Shown here: positions 25,674-39,025 of the stretch, in pieces | Layout of the letters: the number at the start of each line of letters is the position of its first letter | Position numbering within the stretch: the first letter of the stretch is position 1 | Position numbers and translations under genes: made by a program | Notes under the pieces: generated by a model | What the model was told of the DNA's origin: nothing | Seen by the model: only the letters and a program-made list of their open reading frames with translations | Database searches by the model: none | Origin: Basidiobolus meristosporus CBS 931.73 | Taxonomy: Eukaryota > Fungi > Basidiobolomycota | Assembly (NCBI GenBank): GCA_002104905.1 | Contig: MCFE01000685.1 | Span: 1-45,749, forward strand | Direction of reading: 5' to 3' | Length of the DNA stretch: 45,749 bases

Positions 25674-27578
25674 GCGATCAATTACAAGACCTTGGCAACC
25701 AAGCCTCACTGTGCCCGTTGATAAGGGCCAATGCCTCCAACCGGGTGTCAAACTCCTCCTCACGTTCATATATATTTGTATATGGCCGAATCCACATTCG
25801 CCTTTCGTGCGAATGTTGATTGCCGTATTCCTACCACCTCCGTATGCACTAGATATCGATTTACCTACAGCTATCCCAATAACATCGATTATTATATTTC
25901 CAACGGATAAACCCCGAGGAGTTTTGACAATAGCGATGTGATCGCATTGTAATTGTTTAAATTAAGACACGTACTCATCTCACTCCCCTTCTAATATCCT
26001 TTAAGCTTGACTGGTTTTCAAAACCCCTCTGCTTGAATAAATAATCATTCGGTTGATCTGACATTGGATCCAATTAAGCATTCCACTTTTGATATTGCGA
26101 ACATCTTAATTTGTGCCCGCCTTTGGAAATTGGTCTAACGTTTGTCATCCTCCAATCATCATGCGGATGATACGGGTACTAATGAATCCAACGACACTTG
26201 CAGTTGGGTTCATCTGTTACGCAGCTTCATGACGGAACTAAGAGTAGGTTGCGAGTATTGCCTTGATTCAGTAGCCTGCTCATCGCCGCTCATTATGCCA
26301 GTTTGTTGGTAGAGGCGGCACCCGGCAAGAAATGGAGATACGCATGAAGCGAGGCAATCAAAAGCCCCCAATCCCAGCAACAGACCCATCGAACGGCGTA
26401 CTAACCGGCAGTCTTTCGCCGATGGCTCGGTGCTCTCGCCAGCGTGCCTCCCTCCCCTAGCACATGGAACGTTCATGACGAGCCAATGCTGTCATCGGCG
26501 GAGGCGTCAAGTAACTTCATTTACCCAATTTAGAAATAGAACCTTCCAAAACTCAGCGATCTATGAGTCCCATTGTGCCGTCCACTCATTTGGGCAATAA
26601 ATAACACACATCTGCATGATGGTGAATGAATAGATCCGATTTCATGTATCCCTCGTGTCACCGACCGGCCGATCAAGCCCATTTGAAAAGGTATCAATAC
26701 TCCAAAGGAAAAAAATGCACAGGGTATAGGTTACGCTGCCTCCGGGTAGTAGATTTTCCCGAGTTTAATCTCGAGGGAGTCACAAGGAATGCTGGTATAT
26801 CCAGCTCACCTCACTGGCATACCAATGGGATCAGACGCGGCGTCGTAGGATGATTTACAGGCTTCACTGGGTGGCATGTCTGCGGAGCGGAGGCTATTTA
26901 TATATTCTATATTTAGCGAGCTCACCCTGCAAGCACAACCTGACACTATTGCTTTTTTCGTTGCTGGCAATCTTCCTGAACCGCTCGTGAGCCTGACGAC
27001 GAGTAGGCTCCCTCCAGGCCTGATATCGCTAGTAAGGGGGGATTTCGAATCGGCGGGGTCGATTGCCATGGCTGATTCTCGAGCAAATACGAATGAACCT
27101 TAACGTCATATCTACATTAATGCGCCATGCCCAAAGTCCGATAAAGTTCGTATATTTTTAGAAAAACCAGGCTGACTTTCGCAGCGGCTTTGTTGATGTC
27201 ATCGGACTTGCTTGGGTCAAATGAGGAGGATCCATCGAAATTTCATTCTCTTGATTAAGGAGGATGCTACCAAGGGGATTATTTGCCATTTACATAACAC
27301 ACCTGTGCGACCTCGAACACGTCGGTCAAGGTAGATTCCAATTTCTAATGCGCTTTTTAGAGAAATGAGAAAATCATGGTTCCCATACGCTTGTGTGACG
27401 CCGAAGCCCTCAGGCTATTCTTACTTCCGCCTCTGGTCCAAACGAAGAGTTTTATAAAGGGCGCTTGATCTCTCTCCGTAGCTCATCCATCTTTTAGTTA
27501 TAGCCTCAGTCTTTGTAAGACTTCCCAAAGTTTCCTTACGTGCTTGCCTTAATCTCCGGCCTTCCCCATTGTCTTCTG

Positions 27579-28736
27579 ATGAAGTATCAAATCTCCGCCA
27601 TCGTAGCTATTGCTATTGCCACTCAAGTGATTGCCCAAGAGCCATTAGCCAAGGTCAATCCTGCATGGACCAAAGAGTATGACCTTAGCAAGGTCCCCAA
27701 GGTCTCACTCAAACAGCCTGGCGCCGGTACTTGTGAGAAAACAGATTGTGGACCTGGCGAGTGCGAGAAGTGTTGGGAAAGCTGTGGTAACTGCCCTAAA
27801 CCCGCAGACGTTTACGGATGTAAGGCTGGTCAGTGGGCCTTGTCATTCGACGATGGCCCATCCGAGCATACCTCGGAGCTTTTGGATATTCTCAAGGCTG
27901 CCAATGTAAAAGCCACCTTCCTAATGGTTGGATCAAATGTCGTCAAGTTCCCTGACGTAGTCAAGCGTGCCCATCAGGAGGGCCATCAGATTTCCCAACA
28001 CACCTGGTCTCATCCTCATTTGATGTCCATCTCGAACGAGCAAATCGTTGCTGAGGTACGCGCTACCGAAGATGCCATCTTCAATGCTACTGGGGTAAGA
28101 CCTGCCTTCATTCGTCCACCCTACGGGGAGGCCGACGATCGTGTAAAGGGTGTTCTTACTGCTATGGGATACCACAATCTTCTGTGGAACATGGATACCC
28201 TTGACTGGGACATCGTCGCTAAGAATGAAGACCCTCAACTCATCCTCAAATCGTTCCAAGATGCGCTCGCCAAGGGTACCGACTTGAATGCTCACGATGA
28301 TCCAGGATATATTTCCCTCCAGCACGACCTTTATCTCGAGACCGTCAAGAAAGTCCCTCAAATTGAGCAACTATTGGCCCAGCATGGCTTCCATTTTGTA
28401 TTGACTCATGAATGTATTGATGCTTCCCCCTATAAGAACAACGCCACCATTCCATCGGGCAATTCGACTGTTGTACCTACAAACACCTCATCCGTTAGCT
28501 CATCTCTCTCTGCAACTACTGTTGCTAGCACCACCAGCACTGCCTCGGTTTCCCAGAGCACCGGAACCTCGGCCAGCTCCAGTTCTTCCACTTCCACTAA
28601 AACTGCCCAGAACACGTCCACCGGTTCGGACGTCAAGGCGACAAGTAGCAGCAACTTGGAATCTGGTGGCAGTAAGTTCCAGGTTCATGGATCAATCCTC
28701 GGGCTGGCCGTCGCTGTCGTTGGCCTACTCTTCTAA
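27579..28736 (+). CDS. Carbohydrate esterase family 4 (chitin deacetylase-like), secreted, probably GPI-anchored
   Basis: ATG at 27579 with a signal peptide; small Cys-rich N-terminal module; NodB motifs FDDGP, HTWSHP, RPPYG, LQHD; Ser/Thr-rich linker; hydrophobic C-terminal tail. Confidence 0.9.
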   Translation: MKYQISAIVAIAIATQVIAQEPLAKVNPAWTKEYDLSKVPKVSLKQPGAGTCEKTDCGPGECEKCWESCGNCPKPADVYGCKAGQWALSFDDGPSEHTSELLDILKAANVKATFLMVGSNVVKFPDVVKRAHQEGHQISQHTWSHPHLMSISNEQIVAEVRATEDAIFNATGVRPAFIRPPYGEADDRVKGVLTAMGYHNLLWNMDTLDWDIVAKNEDPQLILKSFQDALAKGTDLNAHDDPGYISLQHDLYLETVKKVPQIEQLLAQHGFHFVLTHECIDASPYKNNATIPSGNSTVVPTNTSSVSSSLSATTVASTTSTASVSQSTGTSASSSSSTSTKTAQNTSTGSDVKATSSSNLESGGSKFQVHGSILGLAVAVVGLLF

Positions 28737-28745
28737 GTATTGATA

Positions 28746-28765
28746 TCCCATCCCATCCCATCCCA
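28746..28765 (+). repeat. (CCCAT)4 microsatellite in the 3' flank of the CE4 gene
   Basis: Reads cccatcccatcccatcccat directly. Confidence 0.8.
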
Positions 28766-29616
28766 TATTAATAATATTTTATCAAGTTTACGAAATGTAT
28801 TCAGGATGCAATAGCGGCAACTTACAAGCCAAATCTAATCACCCATTAAAATCCAATTTTGTACCTGAGAGTTGCTCTGCATTGGGCAGTGGTTGGCCAC
28901 AGGATTCCCGATAAATCGGCCTGTTACCCTTAAATTTTAACAATGGCCTAGTGTGCGTCGGTGGATTGGCTGGAGGTTAAGAGATGCGTCATTATGCGAG
29001 TCTGAATCAGTATCCAGGGTAAGTGACTGTTTCAAGGATGCCAGCGTGAAGCTGCAGTGCATGTCTAATACCTACGACATATTTGTCTTCGTGATCGAAA
29101 TGCGCAGATTGTGGGTGCAGTGCTGATCATGTAGGTTTGTAACCATCTTCCGGTGTGGTGTGCTACGCTGAGGGGCGATCGTTGCACGATGGGGGAAGAT
29201 TGCCGTTTCAGAGTGCAGCTTTTCTCCAGCCAAAGGCATACCAGAAGACATTTCACACGATGCAATGATCGGATGCCTTCATTGGTTCTGTCGAAGCAGA
29301 TCGCTACAGGCAAAACATTGTGCTGAACCAGATCACTTGGTGGATAAGTAGTTTATTTTTGACTGCTTTTAAGTCGGACTAGCCCTGGGCCGGATCCGGG
29401 TTTCGTTGACCATTATGGAGATCAAAAACGTGATCCGTGGGATCAGAAAAAGTTACGCAAGTTGCATTGTATTAAATACGTTTAGGGATGAGCCAAGTCG
29501 CAGAGAACCAGCAAGGATTAGCGGAGTTACAAGTCGCTTACAAGCTTTAGTTACATCAGCCGAGGAGTCCTGTTTGACCTGGAAGACGTATCAAATAAGG
29601 AGATCATGATAGATTG

Positions 29617-30567
29617 TTATAGTGCGTATCTTTCTCTCAACATCAATATTTCCAACGCTGTGGTCCTGGGGCTTTTGATGTCTGCAACGATGTTTAACTT
29701 CGGCAGAGCTGCTTTTAGCTTCAGCACATGGTCTTTCGATATCTTTCGGCATCCAGCTAGGTTCACATAGGTCAGGTTTGGTAACCTCTTCAGTGCCTCA
29801 AAGATCCTATCAGTCAATTTCTCGCAAAAGCTCAAGTCGAGCCATTCTATGTTCTTGGCATTCTCCAACAAAATTAGAATTGGCGCTTCGGTGATTAACC
29901 AGCAATGTGAGAGATTCACCCTCTTCAGGTTTCTCGTGCGCCAGAACAGCTCTGTCAAAGACATGTCTGTAATGGTCGAAATGCTCAAGTGCAGCACCTC
30001 CAACGAGTCGGCTACTTTTTTCAACCCCAGGATCGATAGGTCAGTGATGCGCGACGAGTTCGTTAGCTCCACATGTCGAAGCATCGACGAGGAGTCGATT
30101 AGTTTCAGCACCGAGAAATCGGTTATTTGGCCACATTGACGAAGCACCAGGGTGGTCAATTTAGAAGAGTTCTTTGAGAACTGTATTATCGACTTGTCGG
30201 ATAGACTCTTTGGAATGTCCAAGATCAGCATTGTGATGTTTGGGCAGAGGAACGCTAATTGCCCGATGAGTTCGTCGCTAACTACGTAATATAATTCCGA
30301 AAAATCCAGATAGTGTACGAGGTTTTGCAGGTTTGGCTGAAAAGTCGAGGTTTCTGAGAACGTAGAAAGATGTAAGGTTTGGACCAGTTTATGCCACGAA
30401 GAAACATATTGTGACCACGGGGCATGATAAAGACGCGGTGTTCCACAAAAATTCCAGCAGCGATTAATAAGTGTACAGTGGTAAAGGTCAAAGCTATTGA
30501 GAAATGTACAAGTATAACTTATCAACTCAGTTGGAAGACTGCAAAGGCCAAGGGCTTTTTCTGTCAT
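29617..30567 (-). CDS. F-box / leucine-rich-repeat protein (FBXL-like SCF substrate adaptor), intronless
   Basis: N-terminal LCSLPTELISYTCTFL...CTLINRCW F-box, then Cys-containing LRRs (LRQCGQITDFSV, LSHCWLITEAPI, LSFCEKLTDRIF, LAGCRKISK). First ATG at 30567. Confidence 0.85.
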   Translation of the reverse strand: MTEKALGLCSLPTELISYTCTFLNSFDLYHCTLINRCWNFCGTPRLYHAPWSQYVSSWHKLVQTLHLSTFSETSTFQPNLQNLVHYLDFSELYYVVSDELIGQLAFLCPNITMLILDIPKSLSDKSIIQFSKNSSKLTTLVLRQCGQITDFSVLKLIDSSSMLRHVELTNSSRITDLSILGLKKVADSLEVLHLSISTITDMSLTELFWRTRNLKRVNLSHCWLITEAPILILLENAKNIEWLDLSFCEKLTDRIFEALKRLPNLTYVNLAGCRKISKDHVLKLKAALPKLNIVADIKSPRTTALEILMLRERYAL

Positions 30568-31714
30568 CCTCAGCAACAGCCTCTCTTATTGACAAAGAGC
30601 ACTAGCAAAGTTGGGTTGGGCTCGTCTTCAGAGGTATTCGACTATGTATCGACCAGAACGCCGGAAAGGTTGCCGTGAGGTTGAATATGGGTCCCTAACT
30701 AGAGCCGAAGGATAATCGAAAGTTCAAAGCAAAAAGGCAGCCACCAAACACGGAGATGGACAGCAATGGGCGACTTTTATACCTCTAGAGATATAGGTTT
30801 TCTAGTGCAGGTTTAAGAAAAGGTTTGAAGAGCAAACCTATGTAGCCGAGGAAATATAAATGAAGGTAAAAAAACGGAATATTTCTTTTGCCCGGTGAAT
30901 GACGGTAAAAAGCGGTCACTTCATACTTGATAGTCACGTCCCAAAACACAGCAATCTCAGCCTCTGGTTGGCTGGTGTATCCTGAAAATCAGAGGGTGAC
31001 TCCATCGAAACTAGATTGGACTGAAAGCCTGCAACGGCAACTATTCGTGTTTCCAGTCTAAACTATTATCAAATACAGTTAACACTAATCAATGACATTA
31101 TTTAGTAATCGTTGTAAAAATTGTAGTCTCTGACACATGACAAGCTCGGCATGGCCCGGTATAAATTGCCTACATTGATTTGTGGAGATCTGTCCGATAA
31201 GTGGTGGATATCCTGCCAAATTCCTCGATGACGAATGGTATTATTCGTGTCAGAATTATACCATTTTGCTCACCACTCGACCAGTCCCCTTGCAACGCAC
31301 CACGGGAATACTAGCCATTCTGGAATGATCAGTTGACCCGCATCGCCTCATGTCTTGAATCCATTTTCGCACACTTGGGTCCAATCAAGCACCGATCGCC
31401 CTACCCAAAGGCAGTTTGAGGAACCAGTACTGGAAACACGACCTTCAGGAGGATTTTAGGCAAGCTCGAGCTGGGTGACCGTTCAAGTAATTCTAGGGCT
31501 GGCCAATCTCTCGACTGACAAAAGGCGGATCAGGAATGACACGAAGGGCCACAGGCAAGTGAGCTTCAGTAGAGGTCCATTTGTATTGTGCAGAATAACG
31601 TTATGTGGGCACAGTCACTGCAGTGGAGATGTATGGGGAAACAACTCTGGACAATCGTATGCATAATTTATTACTCAATTGATGCTGGGTGAGATAATGA
31701 CTATATTTACGAGA

Positions 31715-32713
31715 TTACAGCAATCTAATAACCTCTCTATCCTCGGAGCTGCTACAGGACTTGCTCTGTGGCTTAACATCAGTCGCGGGCTTAGACCTGA
31801 TGATGAATGTTGTTATTAGCCATCCTCTAAAGGACGGAGAGGGTGGCGAGGTCGAAGATGTTCTGCTTTCTAACTCGCATCGATCTGTCCAATCCTTCCT
31901 TATTGTCTGAAGGCATACATACAGCGTGGGATCAAATATAAATGGAAGCCCGTTGAATAAGCCCAACAATGCTTTTGTGTAATTGAAGATATCTGCCCAG
32001 TATTGCTCTTCCTCCAGGCTTTTGAAGATTCGGATCAACAAAAATGTGGATAATGGAATGCCAACCACGATCAACGAGACTGGGTAAAGAAGTATGCGTA
32101 TCACGGCTCGTTGAACGGTACTACTGTTTAAAGCGCCGGACACCGGAGTCGAGCTCTTGCTCTGCGAAACCTGCCTATTGACCTTCGTCAATTTCCAGCC
32201 CAAGATAGAAGATACAATGATCGAGTATAGGATGGTCAGTGGGCAGAATGCCACTATTCCGATAGTCAAAAAATCCAATGGGTAGTAGTCGACGTTGTTG
32301 ACATAGAAAGGTAGATAGGCCCATGCGAGTACCAGAAATACTATCGCGATAACTGGTGGGGTGATCATGTAGAACCATTTAAATCTAGATACTTGCCGTC
32401 TATTGTGTATCAGGACTATCTGTAGATTTAGAGTGATCATGAAGGTAAACAAAAAGCTCATCAAGAGAAACGACAGATTTAGACTGTTAGCAATCGCAAA
32501 CTGTCTCCGGCTTCTACTCACGTATGTGGTTATATCCGAAAGATGCGCTATCAAGTCGGCAAGAGCCACTAGCGCTGTCAACCGAAAGGACACTCGATCC
32601 GCTAAGCTGCGACGATAAATGAATACCCCAACGATGCATACAAGGACAGCAAGAGCAGAAAGAGTCGATATGGAGCAAAGTACGATGGCAATCTTGCTTG
32701 AAGTTTTAAGCAT
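31715..32713 (-). CDS. Putative 7-TM G-protein-coupled receptor (Git3/cAMP-receptor-like)
   Basis: About seven hydrophobic segments, with DRVSFRL after TM1, ALADL in TM2, RILLYPVSL in TM6 and GLFNGLPFIFDP in TM7. Confidence 0.7.
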   Translation of the reverse strand: MLKTSSKIAIVLCSISTLSALAVLVCIVGVFIYRRSLADRVSFRLTALVALADLIAHLSDITTYVSRSRRQFAIANSLNLSFLLMSFLFTFMITLNLQIVLIHNRRQVSRFKWFYMITPPVIAIVFLVLAWAYLPFYVNNVDYYPLDFLTIGIVAFCPLTILYSIIVSSILGWKLTKVNRQVSQSKSSTPVSGALNSSTVQRAVIRILLYPVSLIVVGIPLSTFLLIRIFKSLEEEQYWADIFNYTKALLGLFNGLPFIFDPTLYVCLQTIRKDWTDRCELESRTSSTSPPSPSFRGWLITTFIIRSKPATDVKPQSKSCSSSEDREVIRLL

Positions 32714-35700
32714 TCGTGCTATTCAAGTGCTATGGACGGATTGTTAGTAGAACATACCACAGGCAGAATCCGTTTCTTATACTCTTAGTAGCCAAAGCCC
32801 ACCTGAATTCCTCCGTGTTTTACATCGTTGGCGAACGAGAAAAAGCAAGTTCTTTACGGAACATGCTGTCTGTCTAGACGGATAGTAAATTGATGATGCT
32901 AGATGCTATTCATATGCATGATAAGCCGACCGAAAACTTGATGGTGGTTAGATGAGTGCTTTGGTGATTGGAGGGTTCCACCGAAGAAAATATACCCACC
33001 AAATCATATATTAATATGTACCTGATTTCACAATCATTAGGGTTCAGCCTACTGAGTCTAATAGCTCATGGGCGCCTGAAACATATGCCTTCTCATTGTT
33101 CATTAGTGCGGTAACAGTTGGATCTGATGGGTAGTTGTTAATATGGCGGGCAAACGGTCGGGATGCCTCAATCCTGAACTGTGCATAGCTAGGAATCCAT
33201 TCACCATAAGCTTAATTGGTTAAATAGTCTTCTCTTCACGTGGCGGAGAGGTTGATGGCTGCAGCCATGAGAACTGCGATGGAAATATCGTGCTAGGTCA
33301 AGGTATAACTCTCGTTAATATTGCTAGAAACAAACTACAAGAACAAATGTCTAATGCTGGTTCCGTGGCTCTAATCTGGTGTCTCGTACCTCCTGGTGCC
33401 AAAACGTAGGAAAATCATTCCGAGCTAAGCCAAGCCTAGCGGTTTCATAAGCCAAATTATCAATTCTCTGGTTGCATCAACTTAAAATGTGATGTGATTA
33501 TTGATGCTTCATTAGCATGCATGCCCCTCAAGGTGGCAGTTCTGGTTTACACACTGTACTACGCCCAACATAAAGGTCACATGCTTGTAGTCTGTAGTGT
33601 ATGTCATTTCCCAAACACTTAGTAGAACACTATCCCGGAGGCAGACCTGAAGCAATCATTGAAGCCACTCTATAGCCGAAAATGCACTAATCTTCTGTGG
33701 AGTACAATCAGCCGCTGAGTGCCCTAACATTCCCATCTGCGCTTCATGATTTTCTTTTAAGTGAGCCACACTGATATTTTAGGCTGAAGGTTGATGCTTA
33801 TAAGGGGATTAGAATGTAAATTTAAGTAACGGCATACACTTTCAAGTGCAACGAGTGTGATTTGCTGAGCGATCGATGCTAGGCAAGTGGTCACAATACT
33901 TCTTCGTGCCACTTGAGTGAGTAGTAAGCTCCAAATAAATCAATATGATACGGTATGGTAAAAGATGGAGTATACTGGAGCTCAATTGATTGGAGAAAAA
34001 GCAGAGGACACAGCACAGGGCTTTCCTGTGTACTTTGCCAGTTGGAAAACTCCGAAGCACATGTGCTGTCCAAATACTAGGCCCAGTTTGGTCACCGTTC
34101 CAGTTCGTCTAGTATATTCGTTTTGTCCGTTTCAATGCCATCCAACATTGGCTCTCACGAATCAAAGGTATCCTCAATCCCGACAAGGCTATTGATTAAC
34201 CTCATATTCATGCTACCACGGCCCACCAATGGATCTGCACCAGATACAGCCACCCACATCTGAGGTTTAGTCACACTGCCGACCTGTGCTCTGATAAGAG
34301 AACTCTTACGCGGTCGATGCTTGTGCCAGTAGCAATGGTGATCCTTAAATTCTGGAGACCCGATGTTCGAAAGTGGTTGCCACAGTCTATATCTAATTTG
34401 CGATGCGGTGTATAAATTTAGCAACACCTGAGACATCAAGCAGGTTTTGTATGACTCAGAAAGAGAGAGGTATATCCCATCTTGGTTCTTGGCTGGTAGA
34501 AGCCATTTGGTGTTTGCTCAGTTCCAACCTTGGCTGGAGATGGCAGGTGATTTCGGTGGTTCCATATTGTGCTGAGATTAAAAATATTACTAGACTTGAA
34601 TCATCAACACGATACCAGTAGCTAAATAGCAATATGGTGATACGGAAATATTGTAGTTTGGTGTTGGCTATCCTCTATCCGGATGCACACACATTACTGA
34701 CCTGATCTTCAGATGGATGTGTGATTTGTTATATTCCAGGGTGAGTCCTCCATTTATTAATCTAATTTGAGGCCTAGACTCTGAGTGAGGCCGTGTCTAT
34801 TTCCTGAGCAAATACTCGAGTGGTGTATGATTCAGCCCTGCTGTCCCGTGGCCGACGTGAATGCTTTTTCGCGATCAGCAATGGCCAAGAGATCAGTGAT
34901 GCAAACAACGATACACTCCAACAAATTTGCGTTTGTAGCGCAGAGGATATCTTCGCAAGCTTCTGATGGCAAATCTGTGTCCAGATTCCATAATTAGCAG
35001 CAAAGTTTTGCTGGGACGGAGTTGCTCACATATTTGGCTATGCAATCCTAAGCAATATATCGAAGCATTTTAAGGAAAGGTGAACCAAATGAAATGGATG
35101 ATATTAAGCTTTAATATCCTAGGGAGACCAGGGTACGCCTGATTGGTTGGGGCAGAGGATTGTGAGACCACCTCGCCATTCTCAACTATAATTATCACCT
35201 TATGAAACAAGTGCATAAAAGTTGATAGATTGTAATCTTGCGGATGACAGTATCTGTCTGAAGTAAAATACATAAAATTCAAAATTGCTTTGGCTTTGAC
35301 GGCGTAAAGATGAGCCATACACCACTACACACATCTGTGGATGATATAGAAAGGAGACTGGGCTAATGAGGGGCAGTAATAAGCATGTATACTATTTAAA
35401 GTGTCGAATAAAATCACCATTGATGACTTGCAATACTTGGCGGCTACAATTGGAATCATTGCGATAAGAATGTCAGCGCAGCTCGTGTGCTTATTCCCTC
35501 ATTTGGAAACCGCTGTAATTAAGGTGTTGATGATAAGCCACAGTCATCCACTCACAGGCCTCTTTCATATATCACCAAACTATTATGCTAATCTTCCATC
35601 TCACCCTCCTTTGCAGATCTCAGTAGTATATTGGATTCTATTTCCTGATAAACTCCGTTTCAAGTTGAGCTGAAGTGTGATACATCAAATATCATTGGGC

Positions 35701-36906
35701 ACCAATGAGTATGCATTCTTCAGTAAACTCGAATGAGCGGACCACGAACGCAACACTACAAACAAGTCGAAGCATTTTGAGATCAGTACGATTGGCCCAG
35801 CTGCACAACTGACCAAGCTCAAATGCGATTAGAAATAGTGACATATCAATAGCCGATGGTTACGTAAGCGAGCGCTCTCAGATCATTCGACCAGTTGCCT
35901 AAAGTATTTCTGAAGGGCTTGAGAGCATGATGCCCAATTGGTTTCCTTCACGAATTCAACAGACTCCAGGAGACATCAACCACAATGAACTACTCACCCA
36001 AGTGCGACTTCCATGCCACAAGCCGGAATCAACCAATCCATTCGTTGCTGCTTACTGCCGGGGAATTGATTGCTGCATTTTAGATGAGATGCCTCAATAG
36101 AATCTTGTCATCATGAAAAAATGGGATCATGACCAACTCAACAATTGAGATCCGTCAAAATGGTTGGTTCCATGCTCAGTGAAACCGATGCCGTTTACTG
36201 GCTGTGTAGCCAGTTGGAAATGTGATCAATGATTTCCTGCTGCATTGCGTGAAAGACAAAGCTGTACGTAGACACTCATCGACTCTACAACTGCCATTTA
36301 GAACGCTACCAGTGATGCTTATAAAATGAGCCGCCATACTAATCGCGCGTTGAACGCATGATGCTCTTAAACGGTGTTTATTTCTTCCTAAATCAAAACA
36401 AGCCAGACACAGTGCATTTCCCCTGACTATTGAGTTTTAGAGCCTCAACGAGAGATCCAAAAAGGAAACGGAAAAGGTAAACCTATCACAAACGAAGAAA
36501 TATGCCATCAACATAGACATCTAATCTTGGGGAATTATACCAAAGTTGGTAAGCCGAGTGCTATTTGAGAGGATCAAATTTGTCTAGCTGGAATCGGTTG
36601 GTGTAAGTGTTTAAGGGATTTAATCATCTCCAACAGCCAATCAAGCCCCATTCAATGTTATCAGGTGCCCAGGACTGTTTGGAAGTTGGTTCGTTTATAA
36701 GCAGTTGGCCAGCCGACGCTGACCATATTCTCCTTCACTAATCCTTACATCCAATTCTTATAGCCTGACATATTCTCACATTACGTACGTCCTTTTATAA
36801 CACCAGCTAGCCAGAGAAGAATCCATCCTTCGACGCACACCCTATCGACGTGTGCATCCTGAAACCATTTCGCAATCGTGATAGCGGCTAGTACTTTATT
36901 TACAAC

Positions 36907-37845
36907 ATGGAGACCTACTTTGGGATTATTGAAAGCATCCAGGATGCTCTATTAATCTTCGAGGCATGTAGATTAGGTCTTCTTCGACGTGTACAACGCC
37001 GACTAAGTGACAAAGAACGGCAGAGTTTACGTTCGGGCTCTGTGTATATTTGGGAGGAGGAGGAGGCAGGAATGAGACGCTGGACTGATGGACGTACATG
37101 GTCTCCATCTCGAGTGCATGGGTGCTTTCTGACATACAGCGAGCTGGAGGGGAAACGCAAGGCCGCGAGATTGACGGACTCACCTCCTACAGCAACGGCA
37201 TCCGGCATGTTTGCTGAATGTGAGGCAGATTTTGGCTGTCTGATCAAACAATCGCTCTCGTGCACAACCGCAGATCACAGAAAGCTACATCTTGTTGCGT
37301 ACTATCGAAAGAGTCAACTCTCTGCAGATAATCCGCCAACACCATCAAAGGACCCCTTCTTTGCTCAAATAGTAATCCCAAAAGGATTGTACCCTGACAT
37401 GACTGAGGAATGGCCAGTGAGCTTGGCAAACCCTACTGGAACCAAGTTCGAGAAAGAACTACAGCGAAGTTTAGCACTGCAGCGTAGACGTTCTTCCAGC
37501 TCCTCAATTGCTACTAGTAGCAGTCTAGGTGGGGTAAAGCATTTATCTAATTCTAGCACAAACTGTTCGTCTGTAGGATCTGCAATCAAGTTAGAGGAAA
37601 TACCAACTGAAGGCCACACATCTATTTCTGTGGTGACTCCTGAAAGTATGGCTAATTCTGGATGTCCAGCCTCAAGCGTACCAACCATACCTGCATTATT
37701 TCATCAAATAGACGAACCGAACTGTGTCTTAAATCATCGAACTTTACCCCCAATACAAATGCCCTACACTCATATTAGATCCGTCTTGCACAGTGAGGAC
37801 AAGCGGCAGCTCTCGGTCTTGGGACACGCATTCTCAAACTTCTGA
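36907..37845 (+). CDS. pac2: Gti1/Pac2 (WOPR) family transcription factor, Pac2-like
   Basis: METYFGII...DALLIFEACRLG...RRL...ER..LRSGSVYIWEEEEAGMRRWTDGRTWSPSRVHGCFLTYSE, then LIKQSLS...HLVAYY. This is the diagnostic WOPR domain. Confidence 0.9.
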   Translation: METYFGIIESIQDALLIFEACRLGLLRRVQRRLSDKERQSLRSGSVYIWEEEEAGMRRWTDGRTWSPSRVHGCFLTYSELEGKRKAARLTDSPPTATASGMFAECEADFGCLIKQSLSCTTADHRKLHLVAYYRKSQLSADNPPTPSKDPFFAQIVIPKGLYPDMTEEWPVSLANPTGTKFEKELQRSLALQRRRSSSSSIATSSSLGGVKHLSNSSTNCSSVGSAIKLEEIPTEGHTSISVVTPESMANSGCPASSVPTIPALFHQIDEPNCVLNHRTLPPIQMPYTHIRSVLHSEDKRQLSVLGHAFSNF

Positions 37846-39025
37846 GGTCAAATATCACATATGGAAGTACATACACTTCTTACAACCGTAAAGCAGGTAG
37901 CTGGTTTTAAAAACAATGGATGCCACCTGGTTTCTACCGCGTTGAAGTTTTTGCGATTGAAGGTTTTCTTCAACTACAAGAATTTTGGAACAGTGGATGT
38001 ACGCAAGCTAAAAATTTGTGAGGTCGTCTCCCTGAATGGTCCAAACCAAAAGTGTTACAATGTATACTATTGTAGATTAAATTCTTCCTGCAGCCTATAC
38101 CTTGGTTGTCACAAGGTACTCTAGGCATTGTTACTGCAACTGTATAAAACGATTAGCTCATGTTGGCATATATCTAGTTTTATTGTAGTAGCAAGCTATA
38201 TATATTAGATAATTAAAGCCATACAGGTGGTAACTATTTCAGAAGGGATTAAAGGCTATTATCCTTGTTCAATGATAGCTTTGTGTGCAGGACATAGGTC
38301 CAATGTGCTTCAAACGCACGTTTAATCAAGTATCTAAAAACTTGATCCTAAGATAACGGCGTCAATAATCTATCAGGTGTTCACGATTGGATTACCAGGG
38401 GTGAAGCTTTCAAGTCAAAAAGGTGAATACAGATCATTCAATCGCATAAGTCATCAATTGAGGTGTATCCTGTATCTGTGTCTTCATAGTTGAGATCGGA
38501 TCCTTAGGCTTATGATCTACGCCTGAACAAAGTGAAATATCAGCATCTGTAATTCTAAAGTATTTCTCTGCATGGGTTTAATCAGAGCGTGATCATGTAA
38601 GAACATTCAGTGATGGGTTGTGGCCACTCTAGCTCCAAAAATAACTTATTTCTTGAGACTTATACATCTTCCTAGGTCTTTTGAGTTGTAGCTGCACTAG
38701 TGGATAGCAGCAACCTATTACTATCTATTCTCGAGATTTTGCTTGTAAAGTGCTACTGTTGTGCATCAACATTTAAAACTTAGCCAATTTTACTCTGCTA
38801 GAAAATCTAGTACCCTAACTGATTTTTCCTAACCCAAATATAACTAATCCCAGTCATGGTTTATTTTATCCCATCTCAGAATCTATTTTTAGTTGTCACA
38901 CCTGATCAATTTTCATATGGTCATTATGTCATCAACTGATCTGCCACACCTTTTCAGGTTATTAGTCATCCAATATCTATCTAGCAACTCAGCAGTTGCC
39001 AAAACATTAGCTGACTGATGATGCA

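Noticed and set aside
26210-27103. Short ORFs with possible GT-AG introns on the minus strand
   Set aside because: No recognisable domain or consistent spliced frame was found.
13679-37845. Apparent signalling cluster (RVS167, G-alpha, DYRK, GPCR, Pac2)
   Set aside because: These are common gene classes with no shared regulatory motif seen; neighbourhood alone does not support a functional cluster.
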